DNA of 39,381 bases from an uncultured bacterium (GTDB taxonomy: Bacteria; CSSED10-310; CAZUFC01), in assembly GCA_964619725.1 (NCBI GenBank), contig CAZUFC010000082.1, positions 1 to 39,381 of the forward strand, in the 5' to 3' direction. Under the pieces are notes generated by a model, which saw only the letters and a list, made by a program, of their open reading frames with translations, did not search any database and was not told the DNA's origin. The position numbers and the translations under genes are program-made. Positions 1 through 10,234 of the stretch are shown here, in pieces; within the stretch, counting starts at the first letter, position 1, and every line of letters begins with the position of its first letter.

Positions 1-64
1 GACCTTCATTTTTAATTGGTTTTACTTGGATCCACACACAGCGGAAAAAGCTCAATTTTTTCAC

Positions 65-208
65 GGCATTGATCAAAAAGGAGCCTTTAGAGCTTACAAT
101 TATTCCGAATTTTCCCATTTCGTTTCGATTGCGATTACGATTGCGATACCGATTACTGAAACAAATTGTCAAAAATTTTCAAAAAGTGTAACCAGGTTTG
201 ATCAGTCC
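65..208 (+). repeat. Dispersed MITE/REP-like element, type 1, copy 1 (5 hexamer units)
   Basis: Begins GGCATTGATCAAAAA and ends GTGTAACCAGGTTTGATCAGTCC. Internal CGATTG-CGATTA-CGATTG-CGATAC-CGATTA tract followed by CTGAAACAAA. Aligns by eye with copies at 10235, 11989, 30601 and 36146. Confidence 0.88.
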
Positions 209-318
209 ATTTTTCACAAATAAAACTTTCTGTCCGCGTTCATAAGGAAAATTACTTGCAATGAATCAGGGCGTGATGTTCTAATAAAAACAGCACAATG
301 AAGGAGTAAAATTTTAAG

Positions 319-3300
319 ATGAGGGGAAACGAGCTGATAATTTCGACATCATTCCGGGAATTAGAAATAGCATTAATGGAAAAATTGAAAGCAGAGAAAC
401 AGGAAGCTCCATTTTTGCGGCAATTAGTCGTTACGCCGACGGTTATGTTGCGTCGTTATTTACTGCAGAGGATTCCCGAAGTTACAGAGACGACTTTTTT
501 GAATCTGGACTTGATGACGTTTAACGGATTCATAAGAGAAGCTGCCAAACAATCGGAAATACGGGAAATGGTAGGAGATTCCGACCTGGAGCTATGGTTG
601 GTGAGCGACATCATCGAGCGTTTGACTGATTTTGCGGCGACCAGGAGTGATTTGCCGGAGTATTGGAATGCCTGGCGGGAGTATAGCAGATCGGATGAAC
701 CGGTTTATGAGGCAATGATGGATTTGATCAATGCGGGAATGGACGAGGAACTGACGGACCTGTTTATTGAGGAAGCCGATGAGTTTTGTAATTCGCTCAG
801 CAAGCCCGCAATCAATCGCTGGAAACGACTGTTGTTTTTCATGAAGATATGGTGGGGCGAACGCAAGCGTCTGGGTTTTTACATGAGGCACGATCTTGAG
901 CGTGAGTTAGGATCGAATTTACTGCTCCATGATGAAAATTATAATGCCGGTTACTCCTGTCACTTTTACGGATTCACTACCATTTCGGGTCTTTCCCGGG
1001 AATTACTGAAAAAATTTTTACAAACGGACGATTGTTCCTGCATTTATTTACTCGACGAGTTAAAAAACCGGCATCAGGACTTCAAGGTTACGGGACGAAT
1101 GGCGGATGAGACCGTCAAACCGTATGTCGTCAACATAAGGACCTTTTCTCATCCAAAACAAGAGCCGGACTGCACGGTAATCGACGCTTATAATGTCGAA
1201 GGTGAAGTAAGGGAAGCAGCGAGGATACTAAGAAAGAAACTGGACGGTGAGAGAAGCGCCGCATTCCTTTCCCGCACAGCTATTTCAGCAAGAAAGATCG
1301 AAGAATATCTTGACTATATTCGAAGGATATTTCCTGAATACGGCATACCTTATTCTGCTGACCGTTCAACGCCGGCTTCAGTACATCCCATATTCCGAAC
1401 GGCGCTTCGTTTTCTTGAATGCCTGGATAATGACTTTCCGCGATCCATATTTTCAGACCTGCTGATCTCAGGCTCGATCCACGTGCCGCCCGGCCTGCAG
1501 GATAATCTTGAACGGCTTGAACTGATGACACGCCAGATGGGAATCATATCCGGAGACGACTGGCGCATTCTCCTTAATCGCAATTTTTTAATAAAAGGTT
1601 ATGAACTGAACCTGAAGATTTCTGATGCCGGAGAGGCGGTAGACGAAAATGGTGAGGAAACGGCTGAGACCGATCCTCAATTTTACATCAAAAGGGATGA
1701 CCGGGGACGAATTTCAGCAGCCGAGATATTCGAATTCGGAGAATGGATTAACAGCATAAGAGACAAGTCGATGAAGGAATGGCCGAGTGAAGCCGGCTGG
1801 ACTCAACATGCTGATCATTTTCTTTATATTCTGAACATTCTTCTGAACTATACGCAGGAAGAGACAAGTTCTACCGAACGGAATTCATTGCTGGATATAA
1901 TCGAACGGCTCAAAACCCGGGACCGTTATGAACTTCCCGTTTCCCGAAAGCAGTTCCTGGAAACGCTTAAACGCCTGATTAAAAAAAGCCGTATTACTAA
2001 AACCGTGAATAGGGGCGGCATCAGAATCCTCAGCGCAGAAAACGCTTGCGGAATGACGTTTGACCTTCTTTTCGTGCTGGGACTTTCGCGCAATAAATTC
2101 CCTCAAAAGAATCTGGAATCTCCCATTCTTCCCGACGATATACGCAAAAGATTACGGGCAGGACCTCTGGCATACGTACCGGTAAAAATGGAAGAATACG
2201 AATATGATCGGCTTTTGTTTCGTATGTTGAAAGATTCAGCCGTTGAACATTTATACCTCTCCTATGCCCGCGCGGACGATGAGGGAAAACCTCTCAGCCC
2301 TTCCCTGTATCTTCAACGTTATGTTCAGGATCGCAATAGTCCTGTCGAAAAAATCAGCATCAACAGAAACACAAAAAAACGTTTGAAGGAAGAAGCAGCG
2401 GAATACGGAGATACATCCATACTTGTCCCTTCTGATTATTTTTTATTCGCCGGATTAACGGCCGAACCGCCGATTGAAGATGAAGCTGCCCTTAAATTAC
2501 GGTATAAAACTGATAATCCTCAAGCTTTACTGAGAAACGCATTCTACGCGGCTCGTAAAATTGATGAAATCGAAGAATTGAACGAATTCGATATTTTCGT
2601 AAGGAAAACAGGTTCACTAAAAGAACTGTCGGCAGAACTTCTGGACTCGGATTTTTACGCCACTTCATTAGAGATGCTTTCCCGTTGCCCCCATCAGTTC
2701 TTCCTCACCCGGGCGCTTAACCTGGTCGACTATGACGAACCGGAACTCTGGAAACTTCCCCCCGTGGACGAAGGCAGCCTGGTTCACGTTATCCTGGAAG
2801 AATTTTTTGAAAATTTAACCTCATCAGCGGGATTCCCCACGGCAAAAAAGCCCCTCTTTGATAAAGAACAGTTAAATGCTTTGCATGACATCTGTGAAGA
2901 AAGATTCAGCAATCATGAAATATATAATCATATAGGTTTGGCCGGATTATGGGACTTCGACAAACGAAGGATAAAAGAATACCTGACGACCTTCGTCGAA
3001 GGGGATCTGCGAAGATTGGAAGAAACAGACTACAAACCTGAAAATTTCGAATTCCCCATAAAACGTCGTCTCGTATTAAACAACGATCAGAAGATTAATC
3101 TAGCCGCTAAAGTAGACCGCAAGGATGTTCGTAAAGACTTCGACGACGTAGTTTTTATCGATTACAAAACCGGAAAAAGATTCCCGAACCTGACAAACCA
3201 GTTTTTCCATGGATTGAAACTCCAGATTCCGCTTTATCTCCTCATCTCCCAAGAACCGCATGAGCAAGGCTTACCGGACGCTGATGAACCCGACGACATA

Positions 3301-3693
3301 AAACAGGAACGACTTTCGGAACAACCTTCAGAAATCAGCGCCGCTTATTTTTACGTCCAGCGCCCGGAAGAAAGCCTGGATCAAGAAAATTTTTATGATC
3401 TGAATTACGATGAAAAAGGCTATCTCCTTATGCCTCACATTGTGAGACTTCTTCGAGTGCTGGCTCAACTGATCATCGAAGGCAAATTCGTTTTGAGGAC
3501 AGGAGCCCATTGCAGTTATTGCGGAGTCTCTTCAGCCTGCCCCTACAGAGAATTCTCCGCCAAATTCCGGGTACAAAATTCAGACGATTGCCTGGTTAAA
3601 CTTTTCCATGAGCTGGTATCGACGGCAAAAACGAAATACATCAAGAAGAAGAATGAACAAGACGAACTTTACAGGATATGTTTCAATGAATGA
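319..3693 (+). CDS. addB: ATP-dependent helicase/nuclease subunit B (AddB/RexB-like)
   Basis: 1124 aa. Degenerate helicase-like N-terminus. C-terminal PD-(D/E)XK nuclease (KVDRKD...IDYKTG...LQIPLY). Fe-S staple cysteines (SRCP ... CSYCGVSSAC). Overlaps the downstream UvrD-nuclease gene. Confidence 0.88.
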   Translation: MRGNELIISTSFRELEIALMEKLKAEKQEAPFLRQLVVTPTVMLRRYLLQRIPEVTETTFLNLDLMTFNGFIREAAKQSEIREMVGDSDLELWLVSDIIERLTDFAATRSDLPEYWNAWREYSRSDEPVYEAMMDLINAGMDEELTDLFIEEADEFCNSLSKPAINRWKRLLFFMKIWWGERKRLGFYMRHDLERELGSNLLLHDENYNAGYSCHFYGFTTISGLSRELLKKFLQTDDCSCIYLLDELKNRHQDFKVTGRMADETVKPYVVNIRTFSHPKQEPDCTVIDAYNVEGEVREAARILRKKLDGERSAAFLSRTAISARKIEEYLDYIRRIFPEYGIPYSADRSTPASVHPIFRTALRFLECLDNDFPRSIFSDLLISGSIHVPPGLQDNLERLELMTRQMGIISGDDWRILLNRNFLIKGYELNLKISDAGEAVDENGEETAETDPQFYIKRDDRGRISAAEIFEFGEWINSIRDKSMKEWPSEAGWTQHADHFLYILNILLNYTQEETSSTERNSLLDIIERLKTRDRYELPVSRKQFLETLKRLIKKSRITKTVNRGGIRILSAENACGMTFDLLFVLGLSRNKFPQKNLESPILPDDIRKRLRAGPLAYVPVKMEEYEYDRLLFRMLKDSAVEHLYLSYARADDEGKPLSPSLYLQRYVQDRNSPVEKISINRNTKKRLKEEAAEYGDTSILVPSDYFLFAGLTAEPPIEDEAALKLRYKTDNPQALLRNAFYAARKIDEIEELNEFDIFVRKTGSLKELSAELLDSDFYATSLEMLSRCPHQFFLTRALNLVDYDEPELWKLPPVDEGSLVHVILEEFFENLTSSAGFPTAKKPLFDKEQLNALHDICEERFSNHEIYNHIGLAGLWDFDKRRIKEYLTTFVEGDLRRLEETDYKPENFEFPIKRRLVLNNDQKINLAAKVDRKDVRKDFDDVVFIDYKTGKRFPNLTNQFFHGLKLQIPLYLLISQEPHEQGLPDADEPDDIKQERLSEQPSEISAAYFYVQRPEESLDQENFYDLNYDEKGYLLMPHIVRLLRVLAQLIIEGKFVLRTGAHCSYCGVSSACPYREFSAKFRVQNSDDCLVKLFHELVSTAKTKYIKKKNEQDELYRICFNE

Positions 3694-6600
3694 CAAAAAA
3701 TTGGAAGATCAGGACAACAGAATTCGGGCGATGACAGAATTCAACCAAAATCTGGTAGTAATAGCCGGCGCCGGCACAGGTAAAACCTCATTGCTGATTG
3801 GCCGCCTGCTTCACTGGTTGCTGGGCGAAGCCTGGCGCAGAACGAATACTACAGGTCCGGAAGCGGCCAGAGAAATCATCAGCTCTGTCGCCGCAGTAAC
3901 ATTTACGGAAAAAGCGGCCGCAGAAATAAGCGAACGATTGACCAGGGTCCTGACTGAACTGGTTAGTCCTGCAATTCCCGTCTCTGCTTCCAATACTGAT
4001 AAGTTTTACTCTCAGGTCATGGATTCCGTCACGAACCGATATAATCTGGATGCGATAAGTATCCGCAAACGAGCCCTTTTGCTGCTGGAATTCATAGATC
4101 GTATCGAAATCTCCACCATACACGGATTCTGCGCCGCTATTCTTAGAAACTTTACGGATGAAGCGGGTCTTAATCCGGGTTTTACTATTGATGAAGATGA
4201 AAACGACCGTAAACTGCTGTTCGACAGAGAATGGGAAAAGTTCGCCAAATCCGAATTCGCAAGTAACGAAACGACAGCTCATTCCTGGGAAACGCTGCTT
4301 AGAACCGGCAACCTGAATGATCTCAAGGATTTTGTTTATCTATTGTTGATGAATGATATCTTTATCAATCCCAAAGACGATAAAGAATTGCAGCTCCTCA
4401 CGGGCGATCCGGCGGTCATCAAAAACCAACTCTCCCAGGAGCTTGAAAAACTTATTGCTCAACTCAATCTTCTGGCCGAATCGTGCAAAAGAGTCAAGAC
4501 GATAAAAACGGCTCTTGAAACTCTCTATGCTGTATCGGCAGCATTGAAAAACCCTGAATTTTTGAAAAAAACCGATGAATTAAACAATGACGATTCGATT
4601 ATAAATTTTTTAAAGTCTAAGGCAGCAAACATACAAGAACTCCCGGACAAAAAGACCGTTCAAGAAAACAGCGATGAGGAGTTCCTGGAAGAATTAAAGA
4701 AAACGACTCAAAAAGCGGATATCTTGTTTTCCCGGATTCTATATTTAATCCGGTACAAGAAAAACCAAGAATTCTGGGAAGCATTTTTCCGTATATTTTA
4801 TCCTTTTCAGAAAAAAGTTGCTGAAAGGTGGCGCAGTGAAGGCTTGATCGGATTCCGGGACCTTTTGATAAAAACACGCGGCTTACTTCGGAAAAGCGTC
4901 TCCGTGCGAAAAGTTTTAAAATCAAGATTCCGTCAGGTACTTGTCGACGAAAGCCAGGATACGGACCCCATTCAATCGGAAATAATCACATATTTAAGCG
5001 AATTTTCGGGAGACTTGGCGGAAAGATCATCCGACGTAAGGTTGGAACCCGGCAAATTATTCGTAGTCGGCGACCCGAAGCAATCGATATACGGTTTTCG
5101 ACACGCAGACCTCGGATCATTCGAGTGGATGCAGAAAAAAATAGACCCTTCGTCGAACAACATCCTTAAACTTCAAACCAATTTTCGGTCTACGGATAAA
5201 ATAATAAATACCGTAAACGCGATACATGATCTGAGGATGAAAAAGCAAAGCGGCTATCAACCGGAGTATATTCCTATCTGGAGTTGCGGGGAGGAAAGCG
5301 GAGAAGCGAGTGAGCTGTGGCTCATTGTTCAGCGAAACGAGCCGGACGAAATAAATTTTAAAATAAACAAAACCGATTCATACGATCAGGAAGCACGCTC
5401 TATTTCTCAATACATCAAAAACGAGGTAGACAAAAATGCCGGTATTAAATACGGCGATTTTGCTGTCCTGCTCAGAGCTATGACGCGAGCAGGCGGTTTT
5501 ATGGAAGCGTTTGAAAACGAAGATATTCCCTTCGTGGTTGAAGGCGACAAGGAATTCTACCAGAAACAGGAAATAACGGATTGCATCAATTTGCTCTGGG
5601 TTCTGCTCCATCCCCTGGATGTCGTGCCTTTCGCCGGATTATTGCGTTCATCGCTCATTGGAGTCCCCCTGCACGGCATGCTCTACCTCTCGAAAATTAA
5701 TTTCCTCACCCAGTGGTGGAAACCCCGGAAGCAGGATTACTTCCGACAAAAATTAGCCGAATCCGGCACGTTGTGGAAAAAAGCGACTTCCGTCGCTTCC
5801 GAATCGCTTATCGAGTTGAGACGTTTATTTCACTCCATGCCGGCTCATGAGTGGATCGATGAAATCATCAAACGGTTTCCCCTGCCGGAAATATACTCCG
5901 GCAGATACCTGGGAGATCGCAGAGCCGCCAATGTTCTCAAGTTCATAAGCTCAGCGCGAAAAGCAGCCAGAAACAGCGATGCCGGATTATTTGCCTGGCT
6001 TCGTGATCAGCGGCTGTCTCACCGTCAAACCAAAGAAGAAGGCGAAGCGCTGCTGGCCGATGAGAATCTTGATGCCGTGCGCATACTCACCATCCACAAA
6101 TCAAAAGGTTTGCAGTTCCCTGTGGTCCTTATACCCCATCTGCATTCCGGGCATGGAGCGCCGGGGCGAACCCCCTTTGAAATAAAATATCGCTGGCATC
6201 CGGACAGAACGAATTATTCGCTCAGATTCAACGAATTCGAAACCATCGACTTCATTAACCATAAAAAACACGAAATGCTTCGGGAAGAAACAGAATCAAT
6301 TCGTCTTCACTACGTTGCGTGCACCAGAGCCGAAAAGAAACTGATATTGAGCGGGACAGCGCCTTCAGGCTTACCGAAAAAACAGCCGCTGCCGCCCTTC
6401 CCGCCCGTCAACAATGTCCTGGAACTTGTCGGAGACGAAATCCCTCAAAATAATAAAAGGGAAGCAGCGGAATCGCTGAATTTAAAATTTCCCTTTTTAC
6501 GCATTAAATTGATCCCTTTTGAAGAAAAACAGAGAATAAAAAAAGAACGAAAACGCTCCGTTCCCCATCAGGCTCCTTTGAAAAAATACGTGGAATATTG

Positions 6601-7276
6601 GGAAAAAAATTATGCTTTTTATGAAAAAGCCAGTCAGAGCTCCGTAATCGTCAGCCCTTCACAACTCCAGGATCGCGAACGCGAACTCAAAGACCGGAAA
6701 ATGGAAGCCGAAGAAGAATTCGTCGCTTCAGTTTATTCCCGGACGAGCCGTCAGGAAGCTATGCTCATAGGAACCTTATGCCACGAAGTGATGGAAAAAT
6801 TGGACATGACGAATCCTGAAGCCGATCTGGAACGTATTCTTAAAGAAGAAGAACCTTCGCTGTCGGAAAGCGCTGATATCGCTGCCGCAGAACGGATTAT
6901 ATCCGAATCACGCGACATTATGCTTAATTTTTTTCAAACGGAATGCTTCAAGATGCTGCAAAAAATTGATATTACGGGTAAAGAAATACCTTTCCTCATG
7001 CCCCTGCAAAATGAAACGGAAACACGAAGCTCATTTCATGATCCCACAGCCTGTCACGGCATAATCGATTTATTATACAAAAAAAAGGACCGTTACTTTA
7101 TCGCAGATTATAAAACCGACAAAATCTCAGGCCCCGGTAACCTGGAATCACTCAAACAAAAGTACGCTTACCAGAAAAAATATTACGCTCAGGCCGTAAA
7201 AAATGCCCTCTCGCTGCCTTACTCTCCAGTCTTTCAACTGATATTCCTGAGAACCGGAGACATTGTGGAATTGTAA
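3686..7276 (+). CDS. addA: ATP-dependent helicase/nuclease subunit A (AddA, UvrD-type helicase with C-terminal nuclease)
   Basis: Motifs AGAGTGKT, VTFTEKAAAE, STIHGFC, VDESQD, VGDPKQSIYGFR, TIHKSKGLQF and YVACTRA. C-terminal GIIDLL...ADYKT nuclease. Start chosen at ATG 3686 (MNDKK), overlapping the addB end by 8 bp; the ORF track extends to 3608. Confidence 0.92.
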   Translation: MNDKKLEDQDNRIRAMTEFNQNLVVIAGAGTGKTSLLIGRLLHWLLGEAWRRTNTTGPEAAREIISSVAAVTFTEKAAAEISERLTRVLTELVSPAIPVSASNTDKFYSQVMDSVTNRYNLDAISIRKRALLLLEFIDRIEISTIHGFCAAILRNFTDEAGLNPGFTIDEDENDRKLLFDREWEKFAKSEFASNETTAHSWETLLRTGNLNDLKDFVYLLLMNDIFINPKDDKELQLLTGDPAVIKNQLSQELEKLIAQLNLLAESCKRVKTIKTALETLYAVSAALKNPEFLKKTDELNNDDSIINFLKSKAANIQELPDKKTVQENSDEEFLEELKKTTQKADILFSRILYLIRYKKNQEFWEAFFRIFYPFQKKVAERWRSEGLIGFRDLLIKTRGLLRKSVSVRKVLKSRFRQVLVDESQDTDPIQSEIITYLSEFSGDLAERSSDVRLEPGKLFVVGDPKQSIYGFRHADLGSFEWMQKKIDPSSNNILKLQTNFRSTDKIINTVNAIHDLRMKKQSGYQPEYIPIWSCGEESGEASELWLIVQRNEPDEINFKINKTDSYDQEARSISQYIKNEVDKNAGIKYGDFAVLLRAMTRAGGFMEAFENEDIPFVVEGDKEFYQKQEITDCINLLWVLLHPLDVVPFAGLLRSSLIGVPLHGMLYLSKINFLTQWWKPRKQDYFRQKLAESGTLWKKATSVASESLIELRRLFHSMPAHEWIDEIIKRFPLPEIYSGRYLGDRRAANVLKFISSARKAARNSDAGLFAWLRDQRLSHRQTKEEGEALLADENLDAVRILTIHKSKGLQFPVVLIPHLHSGHGAPGRTPFEIKYRWHPDRTNYSLRFNEFETIDFINHKKHEMLREETESIRLHYVACTRAEKKLILSGTAPSGLPKKQPLPPFPPVNNVLELVGDEIPQNNKREAAESLNLKFPFLRIKLIPFEEKQRIKKERKRSVPHQAPLKKYVEYWEKNYAFYEKASQSSVIVSPSQLQDRERELKDRKMEAEEEFVASVYSRTSRQEAMLIGTLCHEVMEKLDMTNPEADLERILKEEEPSLSESADIAAAERIISESRDIMLNFFQTECFKMLQKIDITGKEIPFLMPLQNETETRSSFHDPTACHGIIDLLYKKKDRYFIADYKTDKISGPGNLESLKQKYAYQKKYYAQAVKNALSLPYSPVFQLIFLRTGDIVEL

Positions 7277-7314
7277 AATAGGGAGTCGCCGTTCACGTTC
7301 GACGAATCAAAAAT

Positions 7315-7443
7315 GCGATGATCAAAATCCCCGGGCTTTTGGTATTAATTTTATAGAGCTTCGGCAGCCAGGGTTATAACGGATTATCGCAGATAAGAGA
7401 AAAGAGATTCGCAGCCATTGTAATTCCCCATTTTATCGGTTCC
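7315..7443 (-). repeat. Type 2 dispersed element (shares end motif with type 1, different internal sequence)
   Basis: Minus strand reads GGAACCGATAAAATGGGGAATTACAATGGCTGCGAATCTCTTTTCTCTTATC, similar to 26538 and to 11952/12205. The other end is GCGATGATCAAAA. Boundaries approximate. Confidence 0.55.
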
Positions 7444-7444
7444 C

Positions 7445-7483
7445 AAAAAACTGAAGCGAGTTCCCTTTTCGGAAACTCGCTTC
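7445..7483 (-). terminator. Probable intrinsic terminator of the sigma/anti-sigma/rhodanese/DoxX unit
   Basis: Hairpin GAAGCGAGTT(CC)...(GGA)AACTCGCTTC at 7453-7483, followed on the minus strand by CAGTTTTTT. Lies between convergent genes. Confidence 0.6.
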
Positions 7484-7512
7484 GCATACCATTAACGTGT
7501 TTTGAGGAAATG

Positions 7513-8085
7513 TCAGGAAGGGGAGATATGAAAGGATTGTCTATGTTTTACAGGATATACTGATTTTACAAGAGGTTTTACGGTTAATCTTTCTCCCTTG
7601 AAGAAAAATATAAAACCTCCTATCAGCAAGAAAAAAATGTCCCTGATGAACTCGCACGATGATTTGCCTCGAATGGATTGAGGCGCTGACAGTTCCGTCA
7701 AGTGTGTATCGGCAAAGCGGACAATTTTTGCGCACAGCCCCTCGCCGCTGCCGAAACAACCGCAATCGAAATCAATTCCCCTGACAATATTGATCCCTAT
7801 GGCTGCAGTAAATACCGCCAACATGATCAACAGCATGAAGGTCGCTCCGGATACGAAAATCCCCAATATCAGCAAACCGCCGGCAATTAACTCGAACCAG
7901 GGCAGAACAATGGCTAAAAAATTGACGAAAGCGCCGGGAACCAAATGGTAATTATAAATATCTTCGGCAAACTCGGCGGGATTCGCTATCTTATGAACAG
8001 CGGCATAAATAAACAATCCGCCGAGAAAAATCCTGCACGCTAATTCAATCCATCTCGATCCCAATATGCCTCTTTTCCCGTTCAT
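7513..8085 (-). CDS. DoxX/MauE-family membrane protein
   Basis: Multiple TM helices. RIFLGGLFIYAAVHKI, LPWFELIAG and conserved IDFDCGCFG motifs typical of MauE/DoxX proteins. Confidence 0.82.
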   Translation of the reverse strand: MNGKRGILGSRWIELACRIFLGGLFIYAAVHKIANPAEFAEDIYNYHLVPGAFVNFLAIVLPWFELIAGGLLILGIFVSGATFMLLIMLAVFTAAIGINIVRGIDFDCGCFGSGEGLCAKIVRFADTHLTELSAPQSIRGKSSCEFIRDIFFLLIGGFIFFFKGERLTVKPLVKSVYPVKHRQSFHISPS

Positions 8086-8092
8086 CTTCTCC

Positions 8093-8584
8093 TTATCCCC
8101 TCTCTACAGGTTTTCCAGACTCTTCCCACGCCGGATAGCCGTCTTCAAATATTTTTACCTTCTCATAACCGAACATCCTAAAAATATCCGCAACTGTATG
8201 AGAGTCAGAGCAGCCCGGCCCGGTGCAGTATGTAATGATCGTTTTTTCGGGAGAAATACTATCCATGATATGGAAAAATTTCTCCTCTGATTCCCTTGCA
8301 GGAAAAGAAACAGCCCCCGGAATTCTGCCTTCCTCATACCATTCGATGCTTCTCGCATCTACAAAAACCGCACTCTCATTCCGGAAAAGCCTTAACGCTT
8401 CATCCATTCCGATTATTTCCGTTTCTTCCGCTTTACCGCCAGTTTCCTGTTCCCAGGAACCGACCCAATCTATGCGGGCAGGCGAAACGATGTTGGCCGT
8501 CATCGCCGCAATCAAAGCAAAAACTGATATGATGACTGATTCTTTAACGAATCTCAGTTTCAATAATTTTAAAATCTGCTTCAT
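8093..8584 (-). CDS. Membrane-anchored rhodanese-like domain protein
   Basis: N-terminal hydrophobic segment. FVDAR...GRIPGA, active-site loop YCTGPGC, and EDGYPAW rhodanese signature. Confidence 0.85.
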   Translation of the reverse strand: MKQILKLLKLRFVKESVIISVFALIAAMTANIVSPARIDWVGSWEQETGGKAEETEIIGMDEALRLFRNESAVFVDARSIEWYEEGRIPGAVSFPARESEEKFFHIMDSISPEKTIITYCTGPGCSDSHTVADIFRMFGYEKVKIFEDGYPAWEESGKPVERG

Positions 8585-8648
8585 TCCCTCATCTCCTTAT
8601 CTTTACCTCGTTTCCTGAATTTTCATGCTCTCGGTCTCTTTTAAAACG

Positions 8649-9446
8649 TTAAATACAGGGTTGAAGAGTTTTATTGATCGTTTGAGCCATACTCAATATT
8701 TCATCTTCCTGCAAATCGCTGTGAATACGAAAATGCCTGTCGCCGCAACACCATACGAATACTTTTAGCGACTGCCTGCCCTCCGCAATAAAACACCCGT
8801 CTAGAACCGGCAATGCCGATTTTACGCAGGGACAGGTCAACCCCTCCCCCGCGCCCGAAAAGCACTGATCGAAAATGCATATCTGTCCGTCTTTCTCAAA
8901 AACCTGCCTGAATCCGACATCGCATCCCTCTGAGTGTATTAAATATGAATCCTGACTTACCAGATTACTCAATGCCGCCTCCACCTTGATTAAATCGAAT
9001 TCAAACGGCGCATGCTCTATCTGTTTCACTTCCGGCGTTTTAACTATCTTTGTGGCAGGTCCCGGCGCCCTGAACAAGCCGAATGTCACAAAAATACCCA
9101 TAACCAAGCCCGCAGCCCCGACCAATATCGGCCTTAACATCCTGAAAAACGAAAAATAATAGCTCCAGACCGCCTGGCCCGCTCCGACCCCTTTCCCTCG
9201 CTCGCTCGCAGAAAGTCGCCTGTAGGTCTCTTCAGCAAAATCCGCTTCCGCTTTCACACCAGTCGTCCGTTGATTATAATATTCCTCAAGCGACGCCCGG
9301 TCGCTCCTCAAACGCTCCATATAAATTCGGCAATCCGTACAATCATTTATATGCTCCGTTATTCCGCTCTTATACCCCTCGTTGAGAGCGCCGTTAATAT
9401 AATCCGATGACAGGCGGCGACATTTCCTACAGTTCATGTTCTTCAC
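8649..9446 (-). CDS. Zinc-binding (ZAS/zf-HC2) transmembrane anti-sigma factor
   Basis: N-terminal C..C and HINDCTDC (HxxxCxxC). One TM helix (ILVGAAGLVMGIFVTFGLF). Cys-rich C-terminal domain. Overlaps the end of the ECF sigma gene. Start 9446 or 9437. Confidence 0.8.
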   Translation of the reverse strand: MKNMNCRKCRRLSSDYINGALNEGYKSGITEHINDCTDCRIYMERLRSDRASLEEYYNQRTTGVKAEADFAEETYRRLSASERGKGVGAGQAVWSYYFSFFRMLRPILVGAAGLVMGIFVTFGLFRAPGPATKIVKTPEVKQIEHAPFEFDLIKVEAALSNLVSQDSYLIHSEGCDVGFRQVFEKDGQICIFDQCFSGAGEGLTCPCVKSALPVLDGCFIAEGRQSLKVFVWCCGDRHFRIHSDLQEDEILSMAQTINKTLQPCI

Positions 9447-9987
9447 CCCTTTCCAGGAGTTTTCTCAGTTTCTTGTGAGCATAATGGAGTCGAGAGCGGA
9501 CAGTCCCTATTCCTGTGCCGGTTATCCATGCTATTTTTTCGTAGCTCATCCGCTCATAATATCTTAAAATCAATACCCTTCTGTGCTTTTCAGACAACCG
9601 GTCAACCGCCGCACGCAGCCTTTCCTTGCGAATCGCCTCCTCATCAACACCCAACCTGCCTTCCGGTTCACAGGCTTCACCTGTCCCTGCCGCGTTAGAC
9701 TTCTTCCGCTCACGGTATCTCCTGAATAAAACTTCTCTCCTCTTATAGTCCTTGAACTTGTTGTAAAGTATCCTGTACAACCAGGTGAAAAGGTCCGATC
9801 TGCCCTCGAATCTATCCAGCGATCCTAAAGCCTTTAGAAAAGTCTCCTGCGTCAAATCTTCCGCTAACGCCCTGTCTCGGCACAATAACAGCGCCGAACG
9901 CAACAGCCTCTCCTGATTGCTCTCTACAAATTCTACCACCGCCCCATGCTCGCGCTTCTTTAACTTCTCTAAAAATCTCTCATCCAT
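9427..9987 (-). CDS. ECF-type RNA polymerase sigma factor
   Basis: Region 2 AEDLTQETFLKA...FTWLYRI. Region 4 LSEKHRRVLILRYYERMSYEKIA...GTVRSRLHYA. Start chosen at ATG 9987 preceded by GGTGGAG; the ORF track extends to 10161. Confidence 0.9.
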   Translation of the reverse strand: MDERFLEKLKKREHGAVVEFVESNQERLLRSALLLCRDRALAEDLTQETFLKALGSLDRFEGRSDLFTWLYRILYNKFKDYKRREVLFRRYRERKKSNAAGTGEACEPEGRLGVDEEAIRKERLRAAVDRLSEKHRRVLILRYYERMSYEKIAWITGTGIGTVRSRLHYAHKKLRKLLERGEEHEL

Positions 9988-10184
9988 ATCTCCACCGGCC
10001 CCTCGAGTCCTTTCAACCGCTTCCAATAATCCGACTGCCTCTAACAGCTTCTCAAAGGCAATACTCAACCCTGAACCGCTAAAAAAGTCGGAACCGGTAA
10101 AAGTCTTGTCCCTCGCTCCCATTTTGTCAATACATATGTTCAATGAAGAAACGCAAGCCATCCGACCCTCCTGCCCATCATTCG

Positions 10185-10211
10185 TTCGACGAACGCCCCT
10201 GGAGAAAGTTC
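10185..10211 (-). promoter_or_regulatory. Candidate ECF-sigma promoter (GAACTT-N16-TCGAA)
   Basis: Minus strand GAACTT-TCTCCAGGGGCGTTCG-TCGAA resembles the RpoE-type consensus GAACTT-N16-TCTRA. Upstream of the ECF sigma gene. Confidence 0.5.
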
Positions 10212-10234
10212 AAATTTTTTTCATACTTTTTTGA

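Noticed and set aside
26-223. ORFs 26-223, 11958-12182 and 36119-36319 with (IA)n/(RL)n/(RN)n dipeptide runs
   Set aside because: They overlap type 1 elements and the dipeptide runs are just the hexamer tract. Frame and strand are not conserved among copies.
319-7276. Novel helicase-nuclease defence system
   Set aside because: Motif content, Fe-S cysteines and gene order match ordinary AddAB recombination machinery.
9988-10161. N-terminal extension of the ECF sigma
   Set aside because: No sigma-like sequence and a good RBS precedes ATG 9987. Treated as leader, though a longer start cannot be excluded.
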